A DNA stretch of 63,784 nt from contig CAINQO010000045.1 in NCBI GenBank assembly GCA_903852325.1, forward strand, positions 1 to 63,784, written 5' to 3'. Both the position numbers and the translations under genes were made by a program. The notes beneath the pieces are model-generated. The model was given only the letters and a program-made list of their open reading frames with translations. It did not search any database and had not been told where the DNA came from. Of the stretch, positions 8,739 through 15,549 are shown piece by piece. Each line of letters starts with the position of its first letter. The first letter of the stretch is position 1. The DNA comes from Candidatus Omnitrophota bacterium (lineage in GTDB: Bacteria > Omnitrophota > Gorgyraeia > Gygaellales > Profunditerraquicolaceae).

Positions 8739-10718
8739 ATGATCGTGGAACAAGTACCTTGGTATACAAAAATAAAAAATCTGGTTATGGGCGGCCCGCG
8801 GAATGTTCAGGACCAGCACATTTTTCATAATTTATCCCTGATCGCTTTTTTTGCCTGGGTGGGGCTGGGCGCGGACGGCTTATCCTCCTCCTGTTATGGA
8901 CCCCAGGAAGCATTTCTGGCGTTAAACGGGCACACCTACCTGAGTATATTCGTCGCCATCGGCACCGTATTGACCATCTTTATTATCTGTTCCAGTTATT
9001 CGCAGATCGTTGAACTTTTCCCTCACGGAGGAGGCGGATATTTGGTGGCCAGTAAGCTGCTTTCTCCGACCCTGGGGATGGTTTCCGGCTGCGCCCTGCT
9101 GATCGATTACGTATTAACGATTACGGTTTCAGTGGCCAGCGGGGCTGATGCCATCTTCAGCTTTCTGCCTCCAGAGTGGCTGGGCTACAGGCTTAGTTTT
9201 GCGATTTTTATCGTGTTGATCCTTATTTATTTAAACATGCGAGGGGTAAAGGAATCGGTTGTCCCTTTGATGCCGATTTTTCTTATCTTTGTGGTGACCC
9301 ATGTTTTTATCATTATTTATGCGATCGCCAAACACGCTTCCAATATGCCGGCCCTGGCCGTTTCTACGGTGAGGGATACTCAGGCTACCCTTTCCCAGGT
9401 GGGTTTTTTCGGTTTATTATTTCTGGTCTTGCGCGCTTACAGTATGGGCGCCGGTACTTTTACCGGGATCGAGGCGGTAAGTAACGGGGTGCCGATTTTA
9501 AGGGAGCCCAGGGTGCAGACGGCAAAAAAGACCATGCACTACATGGCCTGGTCCCTGTCTTTTGTTGTCTTAGGGTTGATGGTGGCCTATTTACTTTTCC
9601 AGATCACTCCGGTTGAAGGCAAGACGCTTAACGCCATACTTTTTGAGTCGGCTACCTCAAACTGGGGCTGGGGGAAGATTTTTGTATTGGTCGCTTTATT
9701 TTCCGAAGGGATGCTGCTTTTTGTCGCCGCGCAAACCGGGTTTTTAGACGGCCCCCGGGTATTGGCGAATATGGCTGCCGACCGCTGGTTTCCCACCCGG
9801 TTTGCCAGCTTAAGCGACCGTCTGGTGATCAAAAAAGGGATATTGATCATGGGCGGCCTGGCTGCTTTACTCATGATCCTTACTCACGCCTCGGTAAAAT
9901 TCCTAGTCGTCCTTTACAGTATTAACGTATTTATTACTTTTGTCCTTTCTCAGAGCGGGATGGTACGCCACTGGTGGAATTACCGTAAAAAAGCCAAAGA
10001 ATGGATAAGAAAGATACTGATCAATGGTGTCGGGTTAATTTTAAGCTTTTTTATCCTGATTTCGATGGTGATCATGAAGTTTACTGAAGGTGGATGGATT
10101 ACCCTGTTCATTACCTCTATACTGGCTGTTTTAGCTATCCTGACGAAAAGGCATTACTATGAAATCTCCAAGCAGCTGCGCCGGCTCAACAGCCTGGTCA
10201 GGAGCGTGGAATTCCAGGAAGGTATCGCCAGCGGCGCTACCAGCGTTCCTCCGTATGATCCTAAATCTAAGACTGCGGTTTTAATGGTCAATGGTTTTAA
10301 CGGGGTGGGGCTGCATACGCTTTTTGGGGTAATCCGGCTGTTCGGAGGGGTATTTAAGAATTTTATTTTTCTGGAAGTGGGGATGGTGGATGCGGGGAAC
10401 TTTAAAGGCGTCACCGAAATGGAAGGCTTAAAGACCCAGGTGGATACGGATTTAAAACGCTACGTGAGTTTTATGAACCAGCAGGGTTATTTTGCCAAAG
10501 GGGTATCGGTGATCGGGGTAGATGTGGTCGATCAGGTGGCCCAGATCACTCCCCAGATCGTCGCAGAGTTCCCGAATGCGGTGTTTTTCGGCGGCCAGCT
10601 CTTATTTACCAAGGATTCCCTGTTTGCGCCGTTGTTCCATAACTACGCGGTATTCTCGATCCAGAAAAAACTGTACAGGCAGGGTGTCCCTTTTGTGATT
10701 TTGCCGATCAGGATTTAA
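8739..10718 (+). CDS. APC-superfamily transporter with cytoplasmic C-terminal domain, KimA (K+/H+ symporter)-like
   Basis: About 660 aa; N-terminal GADGLSSSCYGPQEAF motif typical of this APC subfamily, about 12 TM segments, ~200 aa soluble tail. The start is uncertain (ATG 8739, GTG 8745; the track gives 8715). Confidence 0.7.
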   Translation: MIVEQVPWYTKIKNLVMGGPRNVQDQHIFHNLSLIAFFAWVGLGADGLSSSCYGPQEAFLALNGHTYLSIFVAIGTVLTIFIICSSYSQIVELFPHGGGGYLVASKLLSPTLGMVSGCALLIDYVLTITVSVASGADAIFSFLPPEWLGYRLSFAIFIVLILIYLNMRGVKESVVPLMPIFLIFVVTHVFIIIYAIAKHASNMPALAVSTVRDTQATLSQVGFFGLLFLVLRAYSMGAGTFTGIEAVSNGVPILREPRVQTAKKTMHYMAWSLSFVVLGLMVAYLLFQITPVEGKTLNAILFESATSNWGWGKIFVLVALFSEGMLLFVAAQTGFLDGPRVLANMAADRWFPTRFASLSDRLVIKKGILIMGGLAALLMILTHASVKFLVVLYSINVFITFVLSQSGMVRHWWNYRKKAKEWIRKILINGVGLILSFFILISMVIMKFTEGGWITLFITSILAVLAILTKRHYYEISKQLRRLNSLVRSVEFQEGIASGATSVPPYDPKSKTAVLMVNGFNGVGLHTLFGVIRLFGGVFKNFIFLEVGMVDAGNFKGVTEMEGLKTQVDTDLKRYVSFMNQQGYFAKGVSVIGVDVVDQVAQITPQIVAEFPNAVFFGGQLLFTKDSLFAPLFHNYAVFSIQKKLYRQGVPFVILPIRI

Positions 10719-10751
10719 GTTAAAGAATAGAATTCATAACCATAAATCCTA

Positions 10752-10779
10752 TTGACAAATCCTTAAAATGTGGTAATCT
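10752..10779 (+). promoter_or_regulatory. sigma70-type promoter of the sigma-factor leader
   Basis: TTGACA (10752-10757), 16-nt spacer, TGg-TAATCT (10774-10779). Confidence 0.6.
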
Positions 10780-10787
10780 TTAAGTAA

Positions 10788-10818
10788 TACAGCGTTGTAG
10801 CAAAGACAGTGAAGTCTT
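10788..10818 (+). promoter_or_regulatory. dual hexaloop hairpins (ANTAR-substrate-like), sigma leader module 1
   Basis: P1 is TAC-AGCGTT-GTA (10788-10799) and P2 is AAGAC-AGTGAA-GTCTT (10803-10818). Both loops have A at position 1 and G at position 4. The P2 3' arm is part of the terminator 5' arm. Confidence 0.55.
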
Positions 10819-10851
10819 CTGGCAGTAATATCGCCCAGAAGGCTTTTTTTT
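10813..10851 (+). terminator. intrinsic terminator / attenuator 1 upstream of the sigma factor gene
   Basis: AGTCTTCTGG pairs with CCAGAAGGCT (one G-U pair), 12-nt loop, T8 run. Confidence 0.8.
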
Positions 10852-10886
10852 CGCCAAAATTGGCGAAGTTCCGGACTAAGGCGTCC
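10852..10886 (+). promoter_or_regulatory. hexaloop hairpin pair, sigma leader module 2
   Basis: CGCC-AAAATT-GGCG (10852-10865) and GGAC-TAAGGC-GTCC (10873-10886). The latter overlaps the next terminator stem. Confidence 0.4.
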
Positions 10887-10928
10887 TTTATCCAAAGAAG
10901 TAAACACGGGTAAAGGATTTTTTATTTT
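10884..10928 (+). terminator. terminator-like hairpin 2 upstream of the sigma factor gene
   Basis: TCCTTTA pairs with TAAAGGA, 20-nt loop, TTTTTTATTTT. Confidence 0.5.
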
Positions 10929-10943
10929 AAGGGGACTATAAAC

Positions 10944-11468
10944 ATGAGTTTTGAAGAGTTACACCAAAAATTATCGCCGACCATTAAAAGGATCGCCTAC
11001 CGGCTAAACGGGCATTACCGGTCTTTTAGCCATGAAGACCTTTACCAGGAGGCAACTATCCATCTTTGGAGTAATTTCTGTAAAGGTGTCCTTAGCGATA
11101 AGACCGACAGTTATATCCTCCAGGGTTGTTATTTCCACCTGAAAAACTATATCCGCAAGGTAAATGAGCGCTCCAATGTGATCAGTATTGACGCGACATT
11201 AAGCGCGCATGAAGATTCTACCGTTGAGGATGTCCTGGGCCAGTATTGGGCTTGTGATGATTGCCGGAGCCAACTGCACGATAAATTTTTAGTGCAAAGC
11301 ATCAGGAATAACGGTTTTGATCCGAAAGAAAAAAGGCTGCTGGATTATTTCAGCCAGGGGTTAACCACCAGGGATATCGGCAAGCGTATGGGGATATCCC
11401 ATGTCAGCGTAGTGAAGCTGATGCAAAAGGTCAGGGTCAAGGCCCGCAAGCATCTGGATAAAATTTAG
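10944..11468 (+). CDS. sigma-70 family (ECF-like, regions 2 and 4 only) RNA polymerase sigma factor
   Basis: 174 aa; region 2 (EDLYQEATIHLWSNF) and region 4 HTH (LTTRDIGKRMGISHVSVVKLMQKVRVKARKHL); no adjacent anti-sigma gene. Confidence 0.8.
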   Translation: MSFEELHQKLSPTIKRIAYRLNGHYRSFSHEDLYQEATIHLWSNFCKGVLSDKTDSYILQGCYFHLKNYIRKVNERSNVISIDATLSAHEDSTVEDVLGQYWACDDCRSQLHDKFLVQSIRNNGFDPKEKRLLDYFSQGLTTRDIGKRMGISHVSVVKLMQKVRVKARKHLDKI

Positions 11469-11497
11469 TTACCAGATCCGGGTATTTTTTACTTGTA
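11468..11497 (+). promoter_or_regulatory. bipartite box GTTACCA-N16-ACTTGTA, copy B
   Basis: GTTACCA 11468-11474 (its G is the last base of the sigma gene stop codon) and ACTTGTA 11491-11497. Confidence 0.5.
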
Positions 11498-11534
11498 CTC
11501 TTGTAATAATCTAAGTCCCCTTTAAAAAGGGCAG

Positions 11535-11568
11535 ACACAGTGATGTGTAAGATGTAAACATAGGCGTT
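11535..11568 (+). promoter_or_regulatory. leader RNA hexaloop hairpin pair, copy B
   Basis: P1 is ACAC-AGTGAT-GTGT (11535-11548) and P2 is AAC-ATAGGC-GTT (11557-11568). P2 overlaps the terminator 5' arm. Confidence 0.45.
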
Positions 11569-11595
11569 CTAGAGATAGAGCGCCTTTTTATTTTT
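11562..11595 (+). terminator. intrinsic terminator / attenuator, leader B
   Basis: AGGCGTTCT pairs with AGAGCGCCT (one G-U pair), hexaloop AGAGAT, then TTTTATTTTT. Confidence 0.8.
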
Positions 11596-11630
11596 CCCGG
11601 ACCCAGCGGGTTTTATGAAGGCGGTATCTG

Positions 11631-11807
11631 ATGATTGACGGAAAACTGATCGATAAATTGAGCCAATTAAAGGAAGCCAGGGGATATACTTTATATGATT
11701 TATCCAGAAAGCTGGATATTCAGGTCACGACCATTGAGCGCTGGTTTAAGACCAAACGCATCAATAAGGTTTACGCGCAGCTGGTTAGGGATAAGTTAAG
11801 TATTTAA
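11631..11807 (+). CDS. small XRE-like HTH protein (58 aa), below the ORF-track length cutoff
   Basis: Hand translation gives MIDGKLIDKLSQLKEARGYTLYDLSRKLDIQVTTIERWFKTKRINKVYAQLVRDKLSI. The YTLYDLSRKLDIQVTTIERW stretch looks like a helix-turn-helix. The RBS is weak. Confidence 0.45.
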   Translation: MIDGKLIDKLSQLKEARGYTLYDLSRKLDIQVTTIERWFKTKRINKVYAQLVRDKLSI

Positions 11808-11842
11808 AGCGATTAACGGGGAAAGGTCTTTTTGTTTAATTT

Positions 11843-11853
11843 TTACACAATTG
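11843..11853 (+). promoter_or_regulatory. TTACACAATTG half-site upstream of amtB copy 1
   Basis: Identical to the left arm of the 13735-13762 palindrome; the right arm is degenerate here. Confidence 0.3.
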
Positions 11854-11897
11854 GATAACCAAGAGTCAAGTTAAGTACTCATTTAAAGGAGGGAGAA

Positions 11898-13124
11898 ATG
11901 AATTCAGGGGATACAGCTTGGGTGTTAATCTCATCGGCACTGGTATTGCTGATGACTCCGGGTTTGGCCTTTTTTTACGGCGGGATGGTCAGGCGGAAAA
12001 ATGTGTTGAGTGTTTTGATGCAGTGCTTCATTATTATGTGCGTTTTGAGCATCCAGTGGGTTCTGATCGGATACAGCTTATCTTTTCACCCGGGAAACGG
12101 ATTCTGGGGAGGATTGAAATGGATGGGATTGAACGGGGTAGGCTTAGAGCCTTACGCGGATTATGCCGGAACGATCCCGCACCAGGCATTCATGGCCTTT
12201 CAGATGATGTTCGCCATTATCACTCCGGCGTTGATCATCGGGGCGTTTGCCGAAAGAATGAAATTTTCCGCATTTTTAATTTTTACCCTGCTCTGGGCGA
12301 CTTTTGTTTATGATCCTTTGTGCCACTGGGTTTGGGGAATGGGCGGCTGGTTAAGGAACCTGGGGGCTTTGGATTTTGCCGGGGGCACGGTCGTGCATAT
12401 TAACGCCGGGATCGCCGCTTTGGTTACGGCGATAGTTTTAGGAAAACGCGCTAACCTGGATAAGAACATCCCTACTCCGCACAATATGCCTTTTGTGGTG
12501 TTAGGGACCGGTTTATTGTGGTTTGGCTGGTTCGGTTTTAATGCCGGAAGCGCTTTGGCCGCTAACGGATTGGCGGTAAATGCTTTTGTGGTAACCAATA
12601 CCGCCGCGGCCGCCGCCGGTTTAAGCTGGGCGTTGATCGAGTGGATGCGTAACGGCAAACCGACGATCTTCGGGGTTTGTTCCGGGGCGGTAGCCGGCCT
12701 GGTGGCGATCACTCCTGCCGCCGGATACGTGAATGTAGTTTCGGCGCTCATTATCGGTTTTTTAGTCAGCATGATCTGTTTTATCGCGGTTACCGTAATC
12801 AAGCCTTTATTCGGTTATGATGATTCCCTGGATGCTTTCGGCGTGCACTGTGTCGGAGGGATGTGGGGGGCTTTGGCTACCGGGCTGTTTGCTTCCAAGC
12901 TGGTCAACCCGGCAGGAAGCGACGGTTTATTTTTCGGCAATCCTAAACAGTTCCTGGTCCAGCTGGCCGCGGTTTTAGTTACCGTAGCTTATACCAGCGT
13001 AGTCACTTTTATAATTTATAAGCTGGTAGACGTTTTTGTCGGAGTAAGGGTGGATGAAAAAACAGAAGCGATGGGCTTGGATCTTACTCAGCATCGCGAG
13101 AGAGCATATACCGTACTAGAGTAA
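11898..13124 (+). CDS. amtB: ammonium transporter (Amt family), copy 1
   Basis: 408 aa; Amt signatures (FFYGGMVRRKN, DFAGGTVVHINAG, LDAFGVHCVGG); GGAGGGAG RBS. Confidence 0.95.
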   Translation: MNSGDTAWVLISSALVLLMTPGLAFFYGGMVRRKNVLSVLMQCFIIMCVLSIQWVLIGYSLSFHPGNGFWGGLKWMGLNGVGLEPYADYAGTIPHQAFMAFQMMFAIITPALIIGAFAERMKFSAFLIFTLLWATFVYDPLCHWVWGMGGWLRNLGALDFAGGTVVHINAGIAALVTAIVLGKRANLDKNIPTPHNMPFVVLGTGLLWFGWFGFNAGSALAANGLAVNAFVVTNTAAAAAGLSWALIEWMRNGKPTIFGVCSGAVAGLVAITPAAGYVNVVSALIIGFLVSMICFIAVTVIKPLFGYDDSLDAFGVHCVGGMWGALATGLFASKLVNPAGSDGLFFGNPKQFLVQLAAVLVTVAYTSVVTFIIYKLVDVFVGVRVDEKTEAMGLDLTQHRERAYTVLE

Positions 13125-13178
13125 AAGGCAGGCAGCAGTTAGCCGCGAGTAGGTAGGAAAATTTAAGTGGAGGATAAG

Positions 13179-13520
13179 ATGAAATTAGTAATCGCGATTA
13201 TTCAGCCTTATAAGCTTGAAGAAGTTAAAGAAGAGCTGTATAAAGTGGATGTCAATTTGATCACGGTCAGCGAAGTCCTGGGGCATGGCCGGCAAAAAGG
13301 GGTGACGGAGGTATACCGAGGTTCTAAAGAAACCGGCAACCTTCTGCGTAAGGTGCGCCTGGAGATCGCGGTGAACGATAATTTCCTGGAGCCGACGATC
13401 AAGGCGATCGTTAAGGGGGCTAAAACCGGGGAAACCGGGGACGGAAAGATCTTTGTCCTGGATTTAAAAGAGTGCATCCGCATCCGGACGGAGGAGCAGG
13501 GAAGCCAGGCGATCGGATAG
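13179..13520 (+). CDS. glnK: PII nitrogen regulatory protein GlnK, copy 1
   Basis: 113 aa; GHGRQKG T-loop base, [12 protein letters not shown]-loop; follows amtB. GGAGG at 13169-13173 favours ATG 13179. Confidence 0.93.
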   Translation: MKLVIAIIQPYKLEEVKEELYKVDVNLITVSEVLGHGRQKGVTEVYRGSKETGNLLRKVRLEIAVNDNFLEPTIKAIVKGAKTGETGDGKIFVLDLKECIRIRTEEQGSQAIG

Positions 13521-13596
13521 ATAAAAGATCCTTCGTCTGTAGATAAAAGATTATTGTGGACTCAGGATAAATTTTGCTTCGCAAAATTTAATTTAA

Positions 13597-13626
13597 GTTA
13601 CCAGAGTCGGTGTTTTTTTACTTGTA
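13597..13626 (+). promoter_or_regulatory. bipartite box GTTACCA-N16-ACTTGTA, copy C
   Basis: GTTACCA 13597-13603, ACTTGTA 13620-13626; the AATTTAA upstream flank matches copy A. Confidence 0.5.
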
Positions 13627-13665
13627 TGATTAATGTAAGCACGGGGTAGTGTTTTACATTAATCA
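13627..13665 (+). promoter_or_regulatory. 12-bp perfect hairpin in leader C
   Basis: TGATTAATGTAA (13627-13638) pairs with TTACATTAATCA (13654-13665), 15-nt loop. Confidence 0.6.
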
Positions 13666-13679
13666 AAGCGCAATGACGG

Positions 13680-13721
13680 CGCCGATATGGTTATTTAAAG
13701 TAACCGTAAAGGCGTTTTTTT
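13680..13721 (+). terminator. intrinsic terminator / attenuator, leader C
   Basis: CGCCGATATGGTTA pairs with TAACCGTAAAGGCG (imperfect), then T7. It is preceded by GCGC-AATGACG-GCGC (13668-13682), which competes for its 5' arm. Confidence 0.65.
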
Positions 13722-13734
13722 ATTTATCCTAATT

Positions 13735-13762
13735 TTACACAATTGAATAGTCAATTGTGTAA
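13735..13762 (+). promoter_or_regulatory. perfect 11-bp inverted repeat (candidate operator or hairpin) upstream of amtB copy 2
   Basis: TTACACAATTG-aatagt-CAATTGTGTAA, ending 19 nt before ATG 13781. Confidence 0.5.
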
Positions 13763-13780
13763 CGCACAAAGGGGAGGAAG

Positions 13781-15007
13781 ATGATTAATCAGGCGGATAC
13801 GTTATTTGTTTTGCTGTCGGCGGCGTTTGTGATGTTAATGACCCCGGGACTTGCTTTTTTCTACGGCGGCATGGTGCGGCGCAAAAATATCTTAAGCGTT
13901 TTAATGCAGTGTTTTGTGGCTTTATGTTTATTGTCTTTGCAGTGGATCCTTTTCGGCTACAGCCTTTCTTTTGCCCCCGGCAGCGGATTCTGGGGCGGCT
14001 TGAGCTGGTTTGGTTTAAACGGCGTGGGGACAGCTCCTTACGCGGGTTATTCTGCGACTATCCCGCATGAGGCGTTTATGGTTTTTCAGATGATGTTTGC
14101 CGTAATTACCCCGGCTTTAATTATCGGAGCGTTTGCCGAAAGAATGAAATTCTCGGCTTTTTTGGTTTTCACTCTGCTCTGGGCGACTTTTGTTTATGAT
14201 CCTTTGTGCCACTGGGTCTGGGGTGAAGGCGGCTGGTTAAGGAATCTGGGAGTGATGGATTTTGCCGGGGGGATCGTGGTGCACACCAGCGCCGGGGTCG
14301 CCGCTTTAGTGACGACCATTGTCATCGGCAAAAGAAAAAACTTGGAACATACCCCTTCCCCGCATAACCTGCCCTTCGTCGTTTTAGGCACCGCGCTTTT
14401 ATGGTTTGGCTGGTACGGGTTTAATGCCGGAAGCGCTCTGGCGGTTAATGGGATCGCCGTGAATGCTTTTGTGGTTACGAACACCGCCGCGGCCGCCGCC
14501 GGGTTAAGCTGGGCTTTATTGGAATGGATCCGTAACGGTAAACCGACAGTCTTCGGGATAGTTACCGGTTCGATTGCCGGTTTGGCTACGGTAACCCCGG
14601 CATCAGGGTTTGTCAGCCCGATTTCGGCGATCATTATCGGGATTGCCGCAAGCATCGTCTGTTTTATCGCGGTGGCGGTGACCAAACCGCGGTTCGGTTA
14701 TGATGATTCCCTGGACGCTTTCGGAGTGCACGGGGTCGGGGGCATATTGGGTACGCTCTTAACCGGGGTATTGGCTTCTAAGGTGATTAATCCGGCCGGA
14801 GCTAACGGATTATTCTATGGTAATCCTAAGCAGCTGTTGATACAATTGATCGGAGTGGCGGTTGCCGCCGGCTATACTTTCCTGGCCACCTTTGCTATTT
14901 ATAAGCTGGTGGATATTTTCTTTAGAATGCGCGTCAGCGAGAAGGATGAGCTGGTAGGGCTTGACCTCACCCAACACAGGGAAAGAGCGTATACTATCTT
15001 AGAGTAA
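13781..15007 (+). CDS. amtB: ammonium transporter (Amt family), copy 2
   Basis: 408 aa; colinear with copy 1; GGGGAGG RBS. Confidence 0.95.
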   Translation: MINQADTLFVLLSAAFVMLMTPGLAFFYGGMVRRKNILSVLMQCFVALCLLSLQWILFGYSLSFAPGSGFWGGLSWFGLNGVGTAPYAGYSATIPHEAFMVFQMMFAVITPALIIGAFAERMKFSAFLVFTLLWATFVYDPLCHWVWGEGGWLRNLGVMDFAGGIVVHTSAGVAALVTTIVIGKRKNLEHTPSPHNLPFVVLGTALLWFGWYGFNAGSALAVNGIAVNAFVVTNTAAAAAGLSWALLEWIRNGKPTVFGIVTGSIAGLATVTPASGFVSPISAIIIGIAASIVCFIAVAVTKPRFGYDDSLDAFGVHGVGGILGTLLTGVLASKVINPAGANGLFYGNPKQLLIQLIGVAVAAGYTFLATFAIYKLVDIFFRMRVSEKDELVGLDLTQHRERAYTILE

Positions 15008-15062
15008 GAGTAGTTAGTGGGTAGCAGAGAGCGTGTAGGAAAATCTAAAAGCGGAGGACAAG

Positions 15063-15404
15063 ATGAAGCTGGTTATCGCGATCATTCAGCCGTATAAATT
15101 AGAAGAAGTTAAAGAAGAATTGTATAAAGCGGAGATCAACCTGCTGACGGTCAGCGAAGTCCTGGGACATGGCCGGCAAAAAGGGGTAACGGAAGTTTAC
15201 CGCGGGGCCAGGGAAACCGGAAACCTGCTGCGCAAGATCCGTCTGGAGATCGCGGTGAACGATAATTTCCTGGAACCGACGATCAAAGCGATCGTTAAGG
15301 GGGCTAAAACGGGTGAGACCGGGGACGGAAAGATCTTTGTCCTGGATTTAAAAGAGTGCATCCGCATCCGGACGGAGGAGCGCGGAAGCCCGGCGATCGG
15401 CTAA
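15063..15404 (+). CDS. glnK: PII nitrogen regulatory protein GlnK, copy 2
   Basis: 113 aa; near-identical to copy 1, with Ala49 where copy 1 has Ser49. Confidence 0.93.
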   Translation: MKLVIAIIQPYKLEEVKEELYKAEINLLTVSEVLGHGRQKGVTEVYRGARETGNLLRKIRLEIAVNDNFLEPTIKAIVKGAKTGETGDGKIFVLDLKECIRIRTEERGSPAIG

Positions 15405-15410
15405 AATCAG

Positions 15411-15440
15411 GTTACCAGAACCCCCGTTTCTTTACTTGTA
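15411..15440 (+). promoter_or_regulatory. bipartite box GTTACCA-N16-ACTTGTA, copy D
   Basis: GTTACCA 15411-15417, ACTTGTA 15434-15440. Confidence 0.5.
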
Positions 15441-15448
15441 ATTAAGAG

Positions 15449-15464
15449 AGAACTGAGGCGTTCT
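15449..15464 (+). promoter_or_regulatory. hexaloop hairpin competing with terminator, leader D
   Basis: AGAAC-TGAGGC-GTTCT; the loop and 3' arm form the 5' arm of terminator D. Confidence 0.4.
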
Positions 15465-15491
15465 GGATTTTAAAGAATGCCTCTTTTAATT
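15455..15491 (+). terminator. intrinsic terminator / attenuator upstream of glnA
   Basis: GAGGCGTTCT pairs with AGAATGCCTC (one G-U pair), 9-nt loop, then TTTTAATT (short T-run). Confidence 0.6.
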
Positions 15492-15549
15492 ATCGGGGTT
15501 TATGGTAAGATAGGTAATCATTTTTTAAGACCATATCACGGAGGAGAAA

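Larger units (their letters stand above)
11468..15410 (+). repeat. tandem duplication of a leader-amtB-glnK unit (copy 1 11468-13596, copy 2 13597-15410)
   Basis: Both AmtB copies are exactly 408 aa and gap-free colinear. The GlnK copies differ at about nine of 113 residues by my count. Long near-identical DNA runs occur (e.g. CTGCTCTGGGCGACTTTTGTTTATGATCCTTTGTGCCACTGGGT in both). Confidence 0.9.

Noticed and set aside
12308-12802. 164-aa antisense ORF inside amtB copy 1, with a twin at 14194-14685 inside copy 2
   Set aside because: Both lie fully within strongly supported Amt genes and mirror each other only because the sense genes are duplicated. The products are low-complexity and Ala/Pro-rich, and there is no RBS. 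The same reasoning applies to the other minus-strand ORFs nested in gltB, glnA, atpA, hydB and others.
15435-15446. P1-type hexaloop hairpin CTT[GTAATT]AAG in leader D
   Set aside because: It has only 3 bp and its loop lacks A1 and G4. It also overlaps the ACTTGTA box, so it would lie outside the transcript if that box is a -10 element.
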